Assembly: GCA_018208355.1 (NCBI GenBank)
Contig: CP062796.1
Coordinates: forward strand, 237,217-301,216
Direction of reading: 5' to 3'
DNA: 64,000 nt
DNA from: Candidatus Fermentithermobacillus carboniphilus
Lineage (GTDB): Bacteria > Bacillota > Sulfobacillia > Fermentithermobacillales > Fermentithermobacillaceae
Within the stretch, counting starts at the first letter, position 1, and every line of letters begins with the position of its first letter. This document shows positions 19,934-28,264 of this stretch, piece after piece. The position numbers were made by a program, and so were the translations under genes. Below the pieces are notes generated by a model. That model was not told the DNA's origin. It saw only the letters and a program-made list of their open reading frames with translations, and ran no database searches.

Positions 19934-20845
19934 TCAGTCTCTTTCTTTCGTTCTGTCGATTAACTTTAAGAGTTCTACCGGTAGCGGAAACACAATAGTG
20001 GAATTTTGTTCTGCCGCGATCTCGGATAGCGTCTGCAAGTACCGAAGCTGCAGCGCAACCGGCTGTGAACTCATGACCTGAGCTGCTTCTGCCAGCCTTT
20101 GTGATGCCTGCAGTTCTCCTTCTGCGGCTATCACTTTAGCTCTCCGATCGCGCTCTGCCTCTGCCTGTCTTGCCATGGCCCGTTTCATGGTATCTGGCAA
20201 CTCGATTGATTTTATCTCCACCATGGTAACTTTGACGCCCCACGGATCTGTGGCCTCATCCAAAAGCTTCCTGAGAGTCTCATTCAGTTCTGCTCTCTTG
20301 GCTAGAATATCGTCCAGTTCATGCTGGCCGAGAACAGATCTCAGGATCGTTTGGCCGAGCAAGCTTGTGCTCGCAACATAATTGGCCACCTTGGTTACGG
20401 CAAGCACGGGATCGAAGATGTTGAAATAGACAACGGCATCCACTACTACAGGCACATTGTCCCTGGTGATTATCTCCTGCCGAGGTACGTCGATGGTGAA
20501 GGTCCTCACGTCGACGACTTTAACCTGGTCTATCCCCAGTGGCAGGATAACGCTGACCCCGGGCCCAAGGACCCCATGCATTCTACCGAAGCGGAAAATG
20601 ACTCCTCGAGCATACTCAGAGATTATCCGGAAGGACGTAAGTTCTATAACCAGAAGAACTATGGGCAGTGGCAAACCAACAGTATCGATGAAAACGATCG
20701 ACAGAACAAGGATGATGAAGCCGAGAGCGCCGTGAACTACACCCGCGATAGTATCTTTTCTCGATAAAGCTATTAGAGTGGTGATCAACCAGAAAATTCC
20801 GCCCACCAAGACTGAAACGAGACCTGCGGTCCCAAGCGCTGACAT
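19934..20845 (-). CDS. SPFH/band-7 (stomatin/prohibitin-like) membrane protein
   Basis: ORF 19934..21325 trimmed to MSALGTAGLVSVLVGGIFWLITTL... after RBS AGGGGGT. PHB domain followed by a coiled-coil C-terminus (ERDRRAKVIAAEGELQASQ). Confidence 0.75.
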   Translation of the reverse strand: MSALGTAGLVSVLVGGIFWLITTLIALSRKDTIAGVVHGALGFIILVLSIVFIDTVGLPLPIVLLVIELTSFRIISEYARGVIFRFGRMHGVLGPGVSVILPLGIDQVKVVDVRTFTIDVPRQEIITRDNVPVVVDAVVYFNIFDPVLAVTKVANYVASTSLLGQTILRSVLGQHELDDILAKRAELNETLRKLLDEATDPWGVKVTMVEIKSIELPDTMKRAMARQAEAERDRRAKVIAAEGELQASQRLAEAAQVMSSQPVALQLRYLQTLSEIAAEQNSTIVFPLPVELLKLIDRTKERD

Positions 20846-20986
20846 AGCATTACCCCCTGTTATAATAAAGTTTCCGTAATCTTCCGAGAAAGAACATGGC
20901 CGCATGTTACAGGGGGATAGCTTCTTTCCGTTGTCACGCGATTCCTTCTGCCGTCGCTGGCCTAAAGCGCGCAAGAAGGCAACCCC

Positions 20987-21244
20987 GTGGCGGTGCTGAT
21001 CGGTATTCTGAGGCTCGAGCTCGGGAACAAAGATATTGTCCTCATTTCGGATTCGGACCACAAGTTCATCGCCAGGGACGGAAGTGAGGAGCCTCTTACA
21101 AAATTGCTGGCCGCTTATGGCTGGCAGTTTGTGGACAGACTCGGTTCGGGCATATTCTACCGTAGAGACGGACAAACACTTTATGTAGACGCACGGATGT
21201 TTACTCGACGCTATGTCATCTACGACCTCGAACATCATCCATAG
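20987..21244 (+). CDS. hypothetical small protein (85 aa), uncertain
   Basis: GTG start. Lone plus-strand ORF in the 560-nt gap between the SPFH and ACR3 genes. Fully overlaps an open minus-strand frame that continues into the SPFH gene; coding strand not resolved. Confidence 0.25.
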   Translation: MAVLIGILRLELGNKDIVLISDSDHKFIARDGSEEPLTKLLAAYGWQFVDRLGSGIFYRRDGQTLYVDARMFTRRYVIYDLEHHP

Positions 21245-21408
21245 TAGACCACCGCTCTTTTCCATAAAACGCAATAGGTGACCGAGTATTGAGAATGGCC
21301 CTGGATCGGCGGAACCCGGAGGCAATGCTGGTCGCGACCAGGGCCCACGACTGAGCCAAACTGCGTTATGAAACCATCACGATCAATTACCGATTACGTA
21401 CTCATTAG

Positions 21409-22503
21409 CTACTCAGCACTCTTTTGCGCTGGGGAAACAGCTGGGTCAGGGAACCAGTGCTTGGTTCGATTAGCAAACGCGACCAGGCTCAGCATGATCG
21501 GTACCTCTTCCAGAACACCCACGACTGTTGCAAGAGCTGCACCGGATCCTAGTCCAAATAGGGATATGGCAACAGCTACAGCCAGCTCGAAGAAGTTGCT
21601 CGCACCGATCATGGCTGCTGGGGGTGCTACAGTCTTGTCTACTCTCCACCATCGAGCCCAGGCGTAACCGATAGCAAATATCAGATAAGTTTGAATGGTG
21701 AGGGGTACCGCAATCAGGACGATGTGGAGCGGATTCCTGATTATGGTTTCACCCTGGAAAGAGAACAGTATTATGAGTGTGAGCAGTAACCCAACAATGG
21801 TGAACGGTTTCAGCCTTGGCAGAAACCGTTCTTTGAACCACTGGCTGCCCCGCATCCTGATAAGTCTCACCCTTGTCAGGTAACCAGCCGTCAGCGGTAT
21901 GACGACATACAGCACAACCGATAGAAAGATCGTGTCGTAGGGCACCTTAAGGGATGCTAGCCTCAGTTCAAATACGACGATCGGTGCATAAAGAAAGAGA
22001 ATTATGAGGTCATTGATGGCGACCTGGACGAGGGTATGAGCAGGGTTTCCGCCGCTCAGATAGCTCCAAACAAATACCATGGCTGTGCATGGCGCGGCAC
22101 CAAGGAGTACTGCCCCAGCCACATACTGTTGAGCAAGGTCTGGAGGTATCCAATTAGCGAATAAATAGCGAAGAAACAACCAGGCAAGTACGAGCATCGT
22201 GAAGGGCTTAATGATCCAGTTGACGACAACCGTGATTATCAGACCCTTTGGCTGTCTGCTTGCTCGTACTATGCTGCCGAAATCTATCTGAACCATCATC
22301 GGATATATCATGAACCATATGAGAATGGCCACGGGTATGGAGACGTGCGCATACTCCCACTTGCTCAAAGCTCTAGGGAACCCGGGAAAATACAAACCAA
22401 TTAGGGTCCCCAGAACCATGCATATTATGACCCAAACCGTCAGATACCGCTCGAAGAAGCCCAGACCCTGTGCATCCTGCGTTCGAACTATGTGTCTTGC
22501 CAT
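21409..22503 (-). CDS. ACR3-family arsenite/antimonite efflux transporter
   Basis: FERYLTVWV N-terminus and 10 TM helices typical of the ACR3 family. Last gene of the ArsR-headed operon. Confidence 0.75.
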   Translation of the reverse strand: MARHIVRTQDAQGLGFFERYLTVWVIICMVLGTLIGLYFPGFPRALSKWEYAHVSIPVAILIWFMIYPMMVQIDFGSIVRASRQPKGLIITVVVNWIIKPFTMLVLAWLFLRYLFANWIPPDLAQQYVAGAVLLGAAPCTAMVFVWSYLSGGNPAHTLVQVAINDLIILFLYAPIVVFELRLASLKVPYDTIFLSVVLYVVIPLTAGYLTRVRLIRMRGSQWFKERFLPRLKPFTIVGLLLTLIILFSFQGETIIRNPLHIVLIAVPLTIQTYLIFAIGYAWARWWRVDKTVAPPAAMIGASNFFELAVAVAISLFGLGSGAALATVVGVLEEVPIMLSLVAFANRTKHWFPDPAVSPAQKSAE

Positions 22504-22681
22504 TACCCTCAGTCACCTCTCTGCGGGTTCAAACCACTTGCGTAGGCGGCAGTCAGGGGCGGTCGTCCTTCTGAATACCGTCTACACCAGGCACTCCTGC
22601 GTCTTGTTACAATACCTGGACCACAAAACTGGTTTGCATGGGGCATGGGGCCAGGTCTCCTGGCCAGCCGGCACCAGCGGG

Positions 22682-22927
22682 TCACATGTAATTCCGCAGA
22701 ACGGACAGAGGTGGGAAACTTATGGCTTCAGCCGGACACTGAGAGCGGCAACCGCTGCAACCCACCACGCAGTTGGTCGGATTGCTCACCACCGGCTTTC
22801 CCGCTTCCTCATCCCATGAATACACTCCGTGGCTGCAGAATTCAAAGCATGTCTTGCACCCGATGCATTTTTCATGATTCACCGTGGGATTCCAGGGTAT
22901 GAGTTCTCTGGGGACCTTAAATCTCAC
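22682..22927 (-). CDS. small 2x[4Fe-4S] ferredoxin
   Basis: CIGCKTCFEFC and CVVGCSGCRSQCP cluster motifs. GTG start in a GTGA overlap with the upstream thioredoxin-like gene; RBS GGGGGAG. Confidence 0.6.
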   Translation of the reverse strand: MRFKVPRELIPWNPTVNHEKCIGCKTCFEFCSHGVYSWDEEAGKPVVSNPTNCVVGCSGCRSQCPAEAISFPPLSVLRNYM

Positions 22928-23169
22928 CGAGACTCCCCCTTCTCGAACCACTTTCTAATCTCAGCTTCGGTCGGGACCTTGCCTTCGATTTTCTTCTGAC
23001 CATCGATGAATACTGCAGGCGTCATCATGACACCACGGTCTATGATCTCATTCAGGTCTGTTACGTGTACGATTTCGGCATCAATCCCAAGTTTGCGGAT
23101 GGTTTCCTCTATCAGCGCCTCGGTCTTCTTGCACTTTGGACATCCCACTCCCAAGATCTCGACTTTCAT
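22924..23169 (-). CDS. thioredoxin-fold redox-active disulfide protein (MTH895/TM0996-like)
   Basis: MKVEILGVGCPKCKK, a CxxC motif in the characteristic N-terminal position. RBS GGAGGTG. Confidence 0.7.
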   Translation of the reverse strand: MKVEILGVGCPKCKKTEALIEETIRKLGIDAEIVHVTDLNEIIDRGVMMTPAVFIDGQKKIEGKVPTEAEIRKWFEKGESR

Positions 23170-23216
23170 TATTCTGACCACCTCCGTTTTTGCATTTGGG
23201 CTATTGCAACCCGGTT

Positions 23217-24386
23217 CTAGGCAAGGATAAGCCCGAACAGCCAACCTGTCAGTGTAGCCATGATTACCACTAGGCTAATGTAGGCAAAGGCCTTCTTTGG
23301 CCCTATGGTGTTGGTGAGGACAATCATGCTAGGCAGACTTAGAGCTGGACCCGCAAGCAAAAGAGCCAGCGCAGGACCTTTCCCCATACCCGAACCGAGC
23401 AGTCCTTGAATGATAGGCACTTCAGTAAGGGTCGCAAAATACATCAAAGCGCCGACCACTGAACTGACGAAGTTTGAAATGATGGAGTTGCCTCCGACCA
23501 GCCGCGATATCCAGTCAGAGGGGATGAGCCCTCTGTCCGTCCCCGGTCTTCCCATCACAATGCCTGCCACCAGGACTCCTCCCAGCAAAAGAGGTAAGAT
23601 TTTCTGGGCAAAATCCCATGTTGATTGCAGCCAGGCCGAAAGTTCGTCCGGCTTAAACCATGCCTTCAGCATATACGCGAGAGCTGCCAGTAATGCCACT
23701 GTGATATACCACTTTACGGAATACACTGCATAAAAGAGACCGATTTTCTCAGGTGGTTTTCCCCAGGCAGCAAACACCAGGATGGCCACAAGCACAGCGA
23801 AATAGACTGCAGTTTGTCCAAGGGATCGTCCCTCAGACTCTACCTTCGCACTCTGGAAAGTTTTCTGGCGCTCTGCTTCGTCTTCACGGAAGAGCTTTGC
23901 CATCAGCAACCCGATCACGACAGAAAAAAGGACAGCACCAACAGCCCTTGCAAGACCGATTTGCCACCCAAGTACCCGCGCAGTCATGATGATGGCTAGC
24001 ACGTTGATGGCCGGCCCTGAATACAAGAACGCTGTGGCTGGGCCGAGCCCGGCACCGCGTTTGTAAATGCCCATAAAAAGTGGCAGGACAGTGCAGGAAC
24101 ATACCGCGAGTATTGCTCCAGAAACTGCAGCGACAGAATAGGCCAGGATGGGTGGAGCTCCTTTGCCAAGATACTTCATAACCGATTCATGGGAGATGAA
24201 GTTTTGCATTGCTCCGGCTATGAAAAACGCTGGAATGAGGCAAAACAGGACGTGCTCTCTGGCGTATTCTCTGAGCATGTACAGGCCCTCAAGCACTGAG
24301 TTCTGTAGCCTCTGACTTTCCACAGGCATGAAATACACCAAAAGAAAGATTGTGACGATCAGTAGGAACTTATCCCTGTCTTTCAT
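23217..24386 (-). CDS. PF03773 (DUF318) permease, ArsP-like, with membrane CSC motif
   Basis: ~10 TM helices. AVCSCTVLPLF resembles the TPFcSCS motif of organoarsenical permease ArsP. Start chosen at MKDRDKF... (RBS GAGAAGGGA). Confidence 0.65.
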   Translation of the reverse strand: MKDRDKFLLIVTIFLLVYFMPVESQRLQNSVLEGLYMLREYAREHVLFCLIPAFFIAGAMQNFISHESVMKYLGKGAPPILAYSVAAVSGAILAVCSCTVLPLFMGIYKRGAGLGPATAFLYSGPAINVLAIIMTARVLGWQIGLARAVGAVLFSVVIGLLMAKLFREDEAERQKTFQSAKVESEGRSLGQTAVYFAVLVAILVFAAWGKPPEKIGLFYAVYSVKWYITVALLAALAYMLKAWFKPDELSAWLQSTWDFAQKILPLLLGGVLVAGIVMGRPGTDRGLIPSDWISRLVGGNSIISNFVSSVVGALMYFATLTEVPIIQGLLGSGMGKGPALALLLAGPALSLPSMIVLTNTIGPKKAFAYISLVVIMATLTGWLFGLILA

Positions 24387-24452
24387 TGTTATCCCTTCTC
24401 GCTTTTGTTTCAGACATGCTTTCATGCTCACGAAAGACCGCCACAGACATCA

Positions 24453-24791
24453 TCAGCTACCCGAACTGCCCTGACGGCAGCTTTCACACGTTAGTCCGGG
24501 GCTGTTTCTACCTGAGTACCTTTCAAGGCACTTAATAAAGTCGTACGCGCAACCTAACCTTAGCTCATAGTAGACGTTCAGGCCTTCCTTACGCGAGGTT
24601 ACCACTCCCGTAGACTTCAATACGGCAAGGTGTTTGGATATAGTAGTCTGGTCGCAGCCGATTTGCCCGACAAGTTCACATACGCACACAGGTCCTGTGG
24701 AGCCTAGAATCTCGACTATCTTCAGTCTCGTCGGGTGCCCCAAAGCCTTGAACACGGCCGACAATTCCTCTACAGTGGGCTTATCCAGCAT
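24453..24791 (-). CDS. arsR: ArsR/SmtB-family metalloregulatory repressor
   Basis: HPTRLKIVEIL HTH and the metal-site motif PVCVCEL. ATG preceded by AAGGAGGTG. Confidence 0.8.
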   Translation of the reverse strand: MLDKPTVEELSAVFKALGHPTRLKIVEILGSTGPVCVCELVGQIGCDQTTISKHLAVLKSTGVVTSRKEGLNVYYELRLGCAYDFIKCLERYSGRNSPGLTCESCRQGSSGS

Positions 24792-25135
24792 CTCTTTCAC
24801 CTCCTTGCCAAGGCCGTATCACCTAAGCCCAAATCCGTTATCATTCACTCCGTTGGATGGCTAAACCCTCCGGGCTCATTGACTGTCCTTTCAAGTTGCG
24901 CGGTGGTCCTATCCAGCATTTTTTCTCATAACCTCACCTTACAAGTTCGGTGAATTCCTACATGGTCATATAACCATATAGTTAAACTATTGTCAAGAAT
25001 GGAACGGTCGTTAAGAGCAAGGCTCCCTTGTGCTGGAGTTTTGATAGTTTACTCGTAGATCGACCCTGTAGGATAGCCTGGCTGCATACTAGGAGACTGA
25101 GTTACTTTCACCGGGAACAAATACATTGCCGTCTT

Positions 25136-25366
25136 CTAACACACAAAACTTCTCTCCCCATCCGCAACGAGAGTTCTGCTGCCTTGAACGACGAAGAATA
25201 TCGTGTGTCTGTTCATGCTGCACGGAGGTATTTCTTGCGCCGATTCGAGGCCGATTACGAGGGTCTTGTACTTGTCGTGCTCCTTAAGGACCGTCTTTGC
25301 CTGTTTTGCCTGGGAAAACTCGGTCCGGTCAAAGACGTTCGTTATCTCCACGGTCATCTCCCCCAT
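25136..25366 (-). pseudogene. cupin-domain fragment (truncated)
   Basis: 76-aa ORF with cupin motif-1-like EIPPCSMNRHTIFFVVQG but no second motif. Sits in an otherwise non-coding 700-nt gap. Confidence 0.25.
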
Positions 25367-25521
25367 CCAGCAAGTGTCGTTTTGGCTGTGCCTGCATCTC
25401 CCGAAACAACAACTACAGATGCGCTAATAGCATATATACGGCTACGTGAACAGCGCCCTTCCTTCTTGACGTCGACAACTAACTCCGTTCACTTTCCATA
25501 ACTCCATTACCTACTTGAACT

Positions 25522-26088
25522 TTACGCTGCCCCTTTAGGGGATTTCCGGTTACTGCCCCCGTCTAACGACACATTCGAACCGGGTTGGTGCTGGGGCGCC
25601 TCGACTACTCTCTCCACGATCCAGCCGATTATCACCGCCGCTACAAGCGTGAGCCCAAGGCGGCAGACGGCAAATGGAAGCCCCAGAAACTTGGCCTCCA
25701 TCGCCACCAGGGGGATCTCCGCAGCAGCCTTGGCGGTCAAAAATGCAACGACGTTGGACACCCGGGCGCCTTTGGCCAGCAAAGCGGCGGCAACGGGGAA
25801 CGCCGCATAAAGGGGGCCTACGAGCGTCGAACCGAGGAACATGGAAATAACCACGCCCTTGATGCCGGAACCCCGGCCGATATAGCGTTCAATGACCTCC
25901 CTCGGCACCCATACGTTGAGAAGCCCCAGGAGCAGAAACACCGGCGGCAGGATCAAAAGCATCTCCTTGAAGAAACTGATTGCGGTAGCGACGGACTTGC
26001 CCGCCGCCGGCGGCGAGAAATACCACAGCACCACGTTCGCAGCGATGACGAGGATTACAGGCCTGTACCTTTGAGCAGTTTTTTTCAA
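25522..26088 (-). CDS. PF03773-family permease, C-terminal half (split gene)
   Basis: TTG start overlapping the stop of the upstream half (TTGA); RBS GGGGGTGA. About 5 TM helices. Confidence 0.6.
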   Translation of the reverse strand: MKKTAQRYRPVILVIAANVVLWYFSPPAAGKSVATAISFFKEMLLILPPVFLLLGLLNVWVPREVIERYIGRGSGIKGVVISMFLGSTLVGPLYAAFPVAAALLAKGARVSNVVAFLTAKAAAEIPLVAMEAKFLGLPFAVCRLGLTLVAAVIIGWIVERVVEAPQHQPGSNVSLDGGSNRKSPKGAA

Positions 26089-26564
26089 CCTAAGATCACC
26101 CCCATTACTACGGCAATGAGGAGGGCGAACACGAAGCTCAGCCCATTTCGCCACAGGGTCATCTTTTTACCCAACTGCTGAATCTCGACGGGTGCCGTCA
26201 CCACTCCAACCATAGTCAGCGTAGTGATGAAGGCAGCCACAGTCACAGTGGAAGCGCCCTCTTGATAAAGCGACCCGGCAAGCGGAAAAGCGATCAAGCC
26301 CGGGATCAGAGTTATGGCCCCAAGCAGGGCGGCCCCAATCGTCCCGGCCATCCCCGCCTGTTTACCGAGGTATTCCGAAATCCACTGGGGCGGGATCAGT
26401 GCAAGAAGGACCCCAATGAGGCCCGCAACCTCTACCATAAAAGGGCCAGTTCGGGCAAAGGATTTTGCCGCCATCCTCAGCGCCTCCCGGGTCCTGTCCC
26501 TGTCGGCCTTCCATGAGATGATCACCGCCAGGCTCGAAACGAGATATAGGACGACGCCGTACAT
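26085..26564 (-). CDS. PF03773-family permease, N-terminal half (split gene)
   Basis: ATG MYGVVLYLVSSLAV... after AGGAGGTG. Membrane protein. A fragment of its 5' end is duplicated at ~36990-37140. Confidence 0.6.
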   Translation of the reverse strand: MYGVVLYLVSSLAVIISWKADRDRTREALRMAAKSFARTGPFMVEVAGLIGVLLALIPPQWISEYLGKQAGMAGTIGAALLGAITLIPGLIAFPLAGSLYQEGASTVTVAAFITTLTMVGVVTAPVEIQQLGKKMTLWRNGLSFVFALLIAVVMGVILG

Positions 26565-26580
26565 GACCCGCACCTCCTCG

Positions 26581-26910
26581 TCAGTTTTGCAAGCGCCGTT
26601 CTTCGTACAGGGCTATAAACCGGTCCAGACGGGCTCTTTGCACTTGAATGGCACGAACCCAGTTATGCAGGAGGGCTTCGCCGTCGCCGGTCAACTCATA
26701 CACCCTCCTGGGGGGACCCTGCGACCCCTCTTCCCATCTGGAGACCACCATCCCGTCCTCCTCGAGACTTCTGAGGGTGCGATAAAGCGTCGCCATATCG
26801 GCCGCGGTTCCCTCAAACCCCAGTGCCTTGAGCTTCTCGATGAGCTCATAGCCGTGTGACCGCTGGCCCCAGAGGAAAAGGAGGATGCTTGGCTCCATAA
26901 ACCTCTCCAT
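26581..26910 (-). CDS. PadR-family transcriptional regulator
   Basis: LLFLWGQRSHGYELIEKL winged-helix signature and PRRVYELTGDG. The start among M28/M32 is ambiguous. Confidence 0.65.
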   Translation of the reverse strand: MERFMEPSILLFLWGQRSHGYELIEKLKALGFEGTAADMATLYRTLRSLEEDGMVVSRWEEGSQGPPRRVYELTGDGEALLHNWVRAIQVQRARLDRFIALYEERRLQN

Positions 26911-26994
26911 TCGCCCTTGAACGCAGGAAAGTCCCGACCGGCATCTCGGCCTGTTTCCGCCCATTTTCGCAAATCCACCTCCATTCAGCATATA

Positions 26995-27105
26995 TACGAT
27001 TGTAGTATATACGTTATTAGTATACTAACATTGCATATGCCGATAGTCAAGACATTCAGGGAACGACATTCAGGGAATGAATCTAGACGGTCCTACGCTG
27101 CCTAT
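26995..27105. promoter_or_regulatory. putative PadR operator region: palindromes GTATATAC / TAGTATACTA and tandem 13-bp repeat GACATTCAGGGAA x2
   Basis: Seen directly upstream of the padR start; arrangement typical of autoregulated PadR promoters. Confidence 0.35.
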
Positions 27106-27365
27106 CTGTAGCCCCACAGTGCGTTCAGTACCGCCCTGCTGCATGAGTGTCGAAACCGATGTGCGAAAAGATTTAGGGAATACCAGCCGTATCAAGCATT
27201 GTTGTTTCCTGCTGGCTTGAATTAGCGGTTGCCCGAAGATCATACAGCTCGCTTTGCGAGCGAAGGAAAAAGCCTCACACAAAGATGTGGGGTTTCGGCG
27301 TCGGTCGCCTTCGCGGGTTCTCACGCATGGGACTGCTCTGGTCTGCAGCGTCAAAAAGGAGTGAC

Positions 27366-28103
27366 CTAGGGTGATTGGGTTTCGGATGAATTAGCCGAGC
27401 CACCGCTATCAGTCCGCTTCAGAGCCCTCTGCCTCCTGGCCTCCTGGGCTAGCAGCCCGATCAATAAATTCATCTTGGCCTGCGGAATCGTTTCGAAGGC
27501 AATCCCATAACATGCTCTGTCATCATTATTGCTCTTCCAGACAACCCTACTCTCCAGTTCTCCAAGCGAAGCCCACGGCTCTTCTACAAACTTCACGGAC
27601 AGACCGCAGCCCACCTCAATCTGGCCTTCCGCGATTAACTTCATCCCACCGCAACTTAAGTCTCTGGCAAGCCCTCGGGCTTCAACTGGTTGCTCCCCCT
27701 GTGTTTTGTAAACCACCGCCAGATCTAAGGGGACCCGCACCCATTTCCTCTGCTGCATTACCCCGACGTCTCTCACCATAGTCACTTTGAAAAGACGCGG
27801 GTCAGCCTGTTTCTTTAGCCTGGCCTCAAATGTGTGGATTCCGGTGTCAAGAAATACCGCCACGCTGGCGCCGGCACTTTGCGTACCTAGCAGGCTATCC
27901 TGAAGGGAAACATCAGACAAAAGCTCGAGGAAGAACTCGTCGCCTCGAACCAGCCACCGGGCAGGTAGAGATAACCCGGTCAGCCGTATCTCGCGTATCT
28001 CGGCTTCAGCCCCAGAACCACTCTTGAGATGGAGCATGTCAAGCTGTCTGCCGGTCAGCCAACTATCACGGTCCATACTTTGTGATTTCGCCCCTTCCGC
28101 CAC
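27366..28103 (-). CDS. tandem PilZ-domain protein (c-di-GMP receptor-like)
   Basis: RxxxR-like QQRKWVR plus DLSCGGM (DxSxxG) in the second half; the first half is a degenerate PilZ. GTG start is poorly spaced from its RBS. Confidence 0.55.
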   Translation of the reverse strand: MAEGAKSQSMDRDSWLTGRQLDMLHLKSGSGAEAEIREIRLTGLSLPARWLVRGDEFFLELLSDVSLQDSLLGTQSAGASVAVFLDTGIHTFEARLKKQADPRLFKVTMVRDVGVMQQRKWVRVPLDLAVVYKTQGEQPVEARGLARDLSCGGMKLIAEGQIEVGCGLSVKFVEEPWASLGELESRVVWKSNNDDRACYGIAFETIPQAKMNLLIGLLAQEARRQRALKRTDSGGSANSSETQSP

Positions 28104-28264
28104 TACTCCTGCAAAAGCGCACGAAGGCTAGCATCAGACCGTATACTCCGGGTCGTGGTCGTGCACCGCGACTCAAACGGCAGATGGTGTTCCCATCAGA
28201 TTTACCGCCACACAGTCTCAATCTAAATTTACACCACTATCTAAGGCACTAACAACCACTTTGA

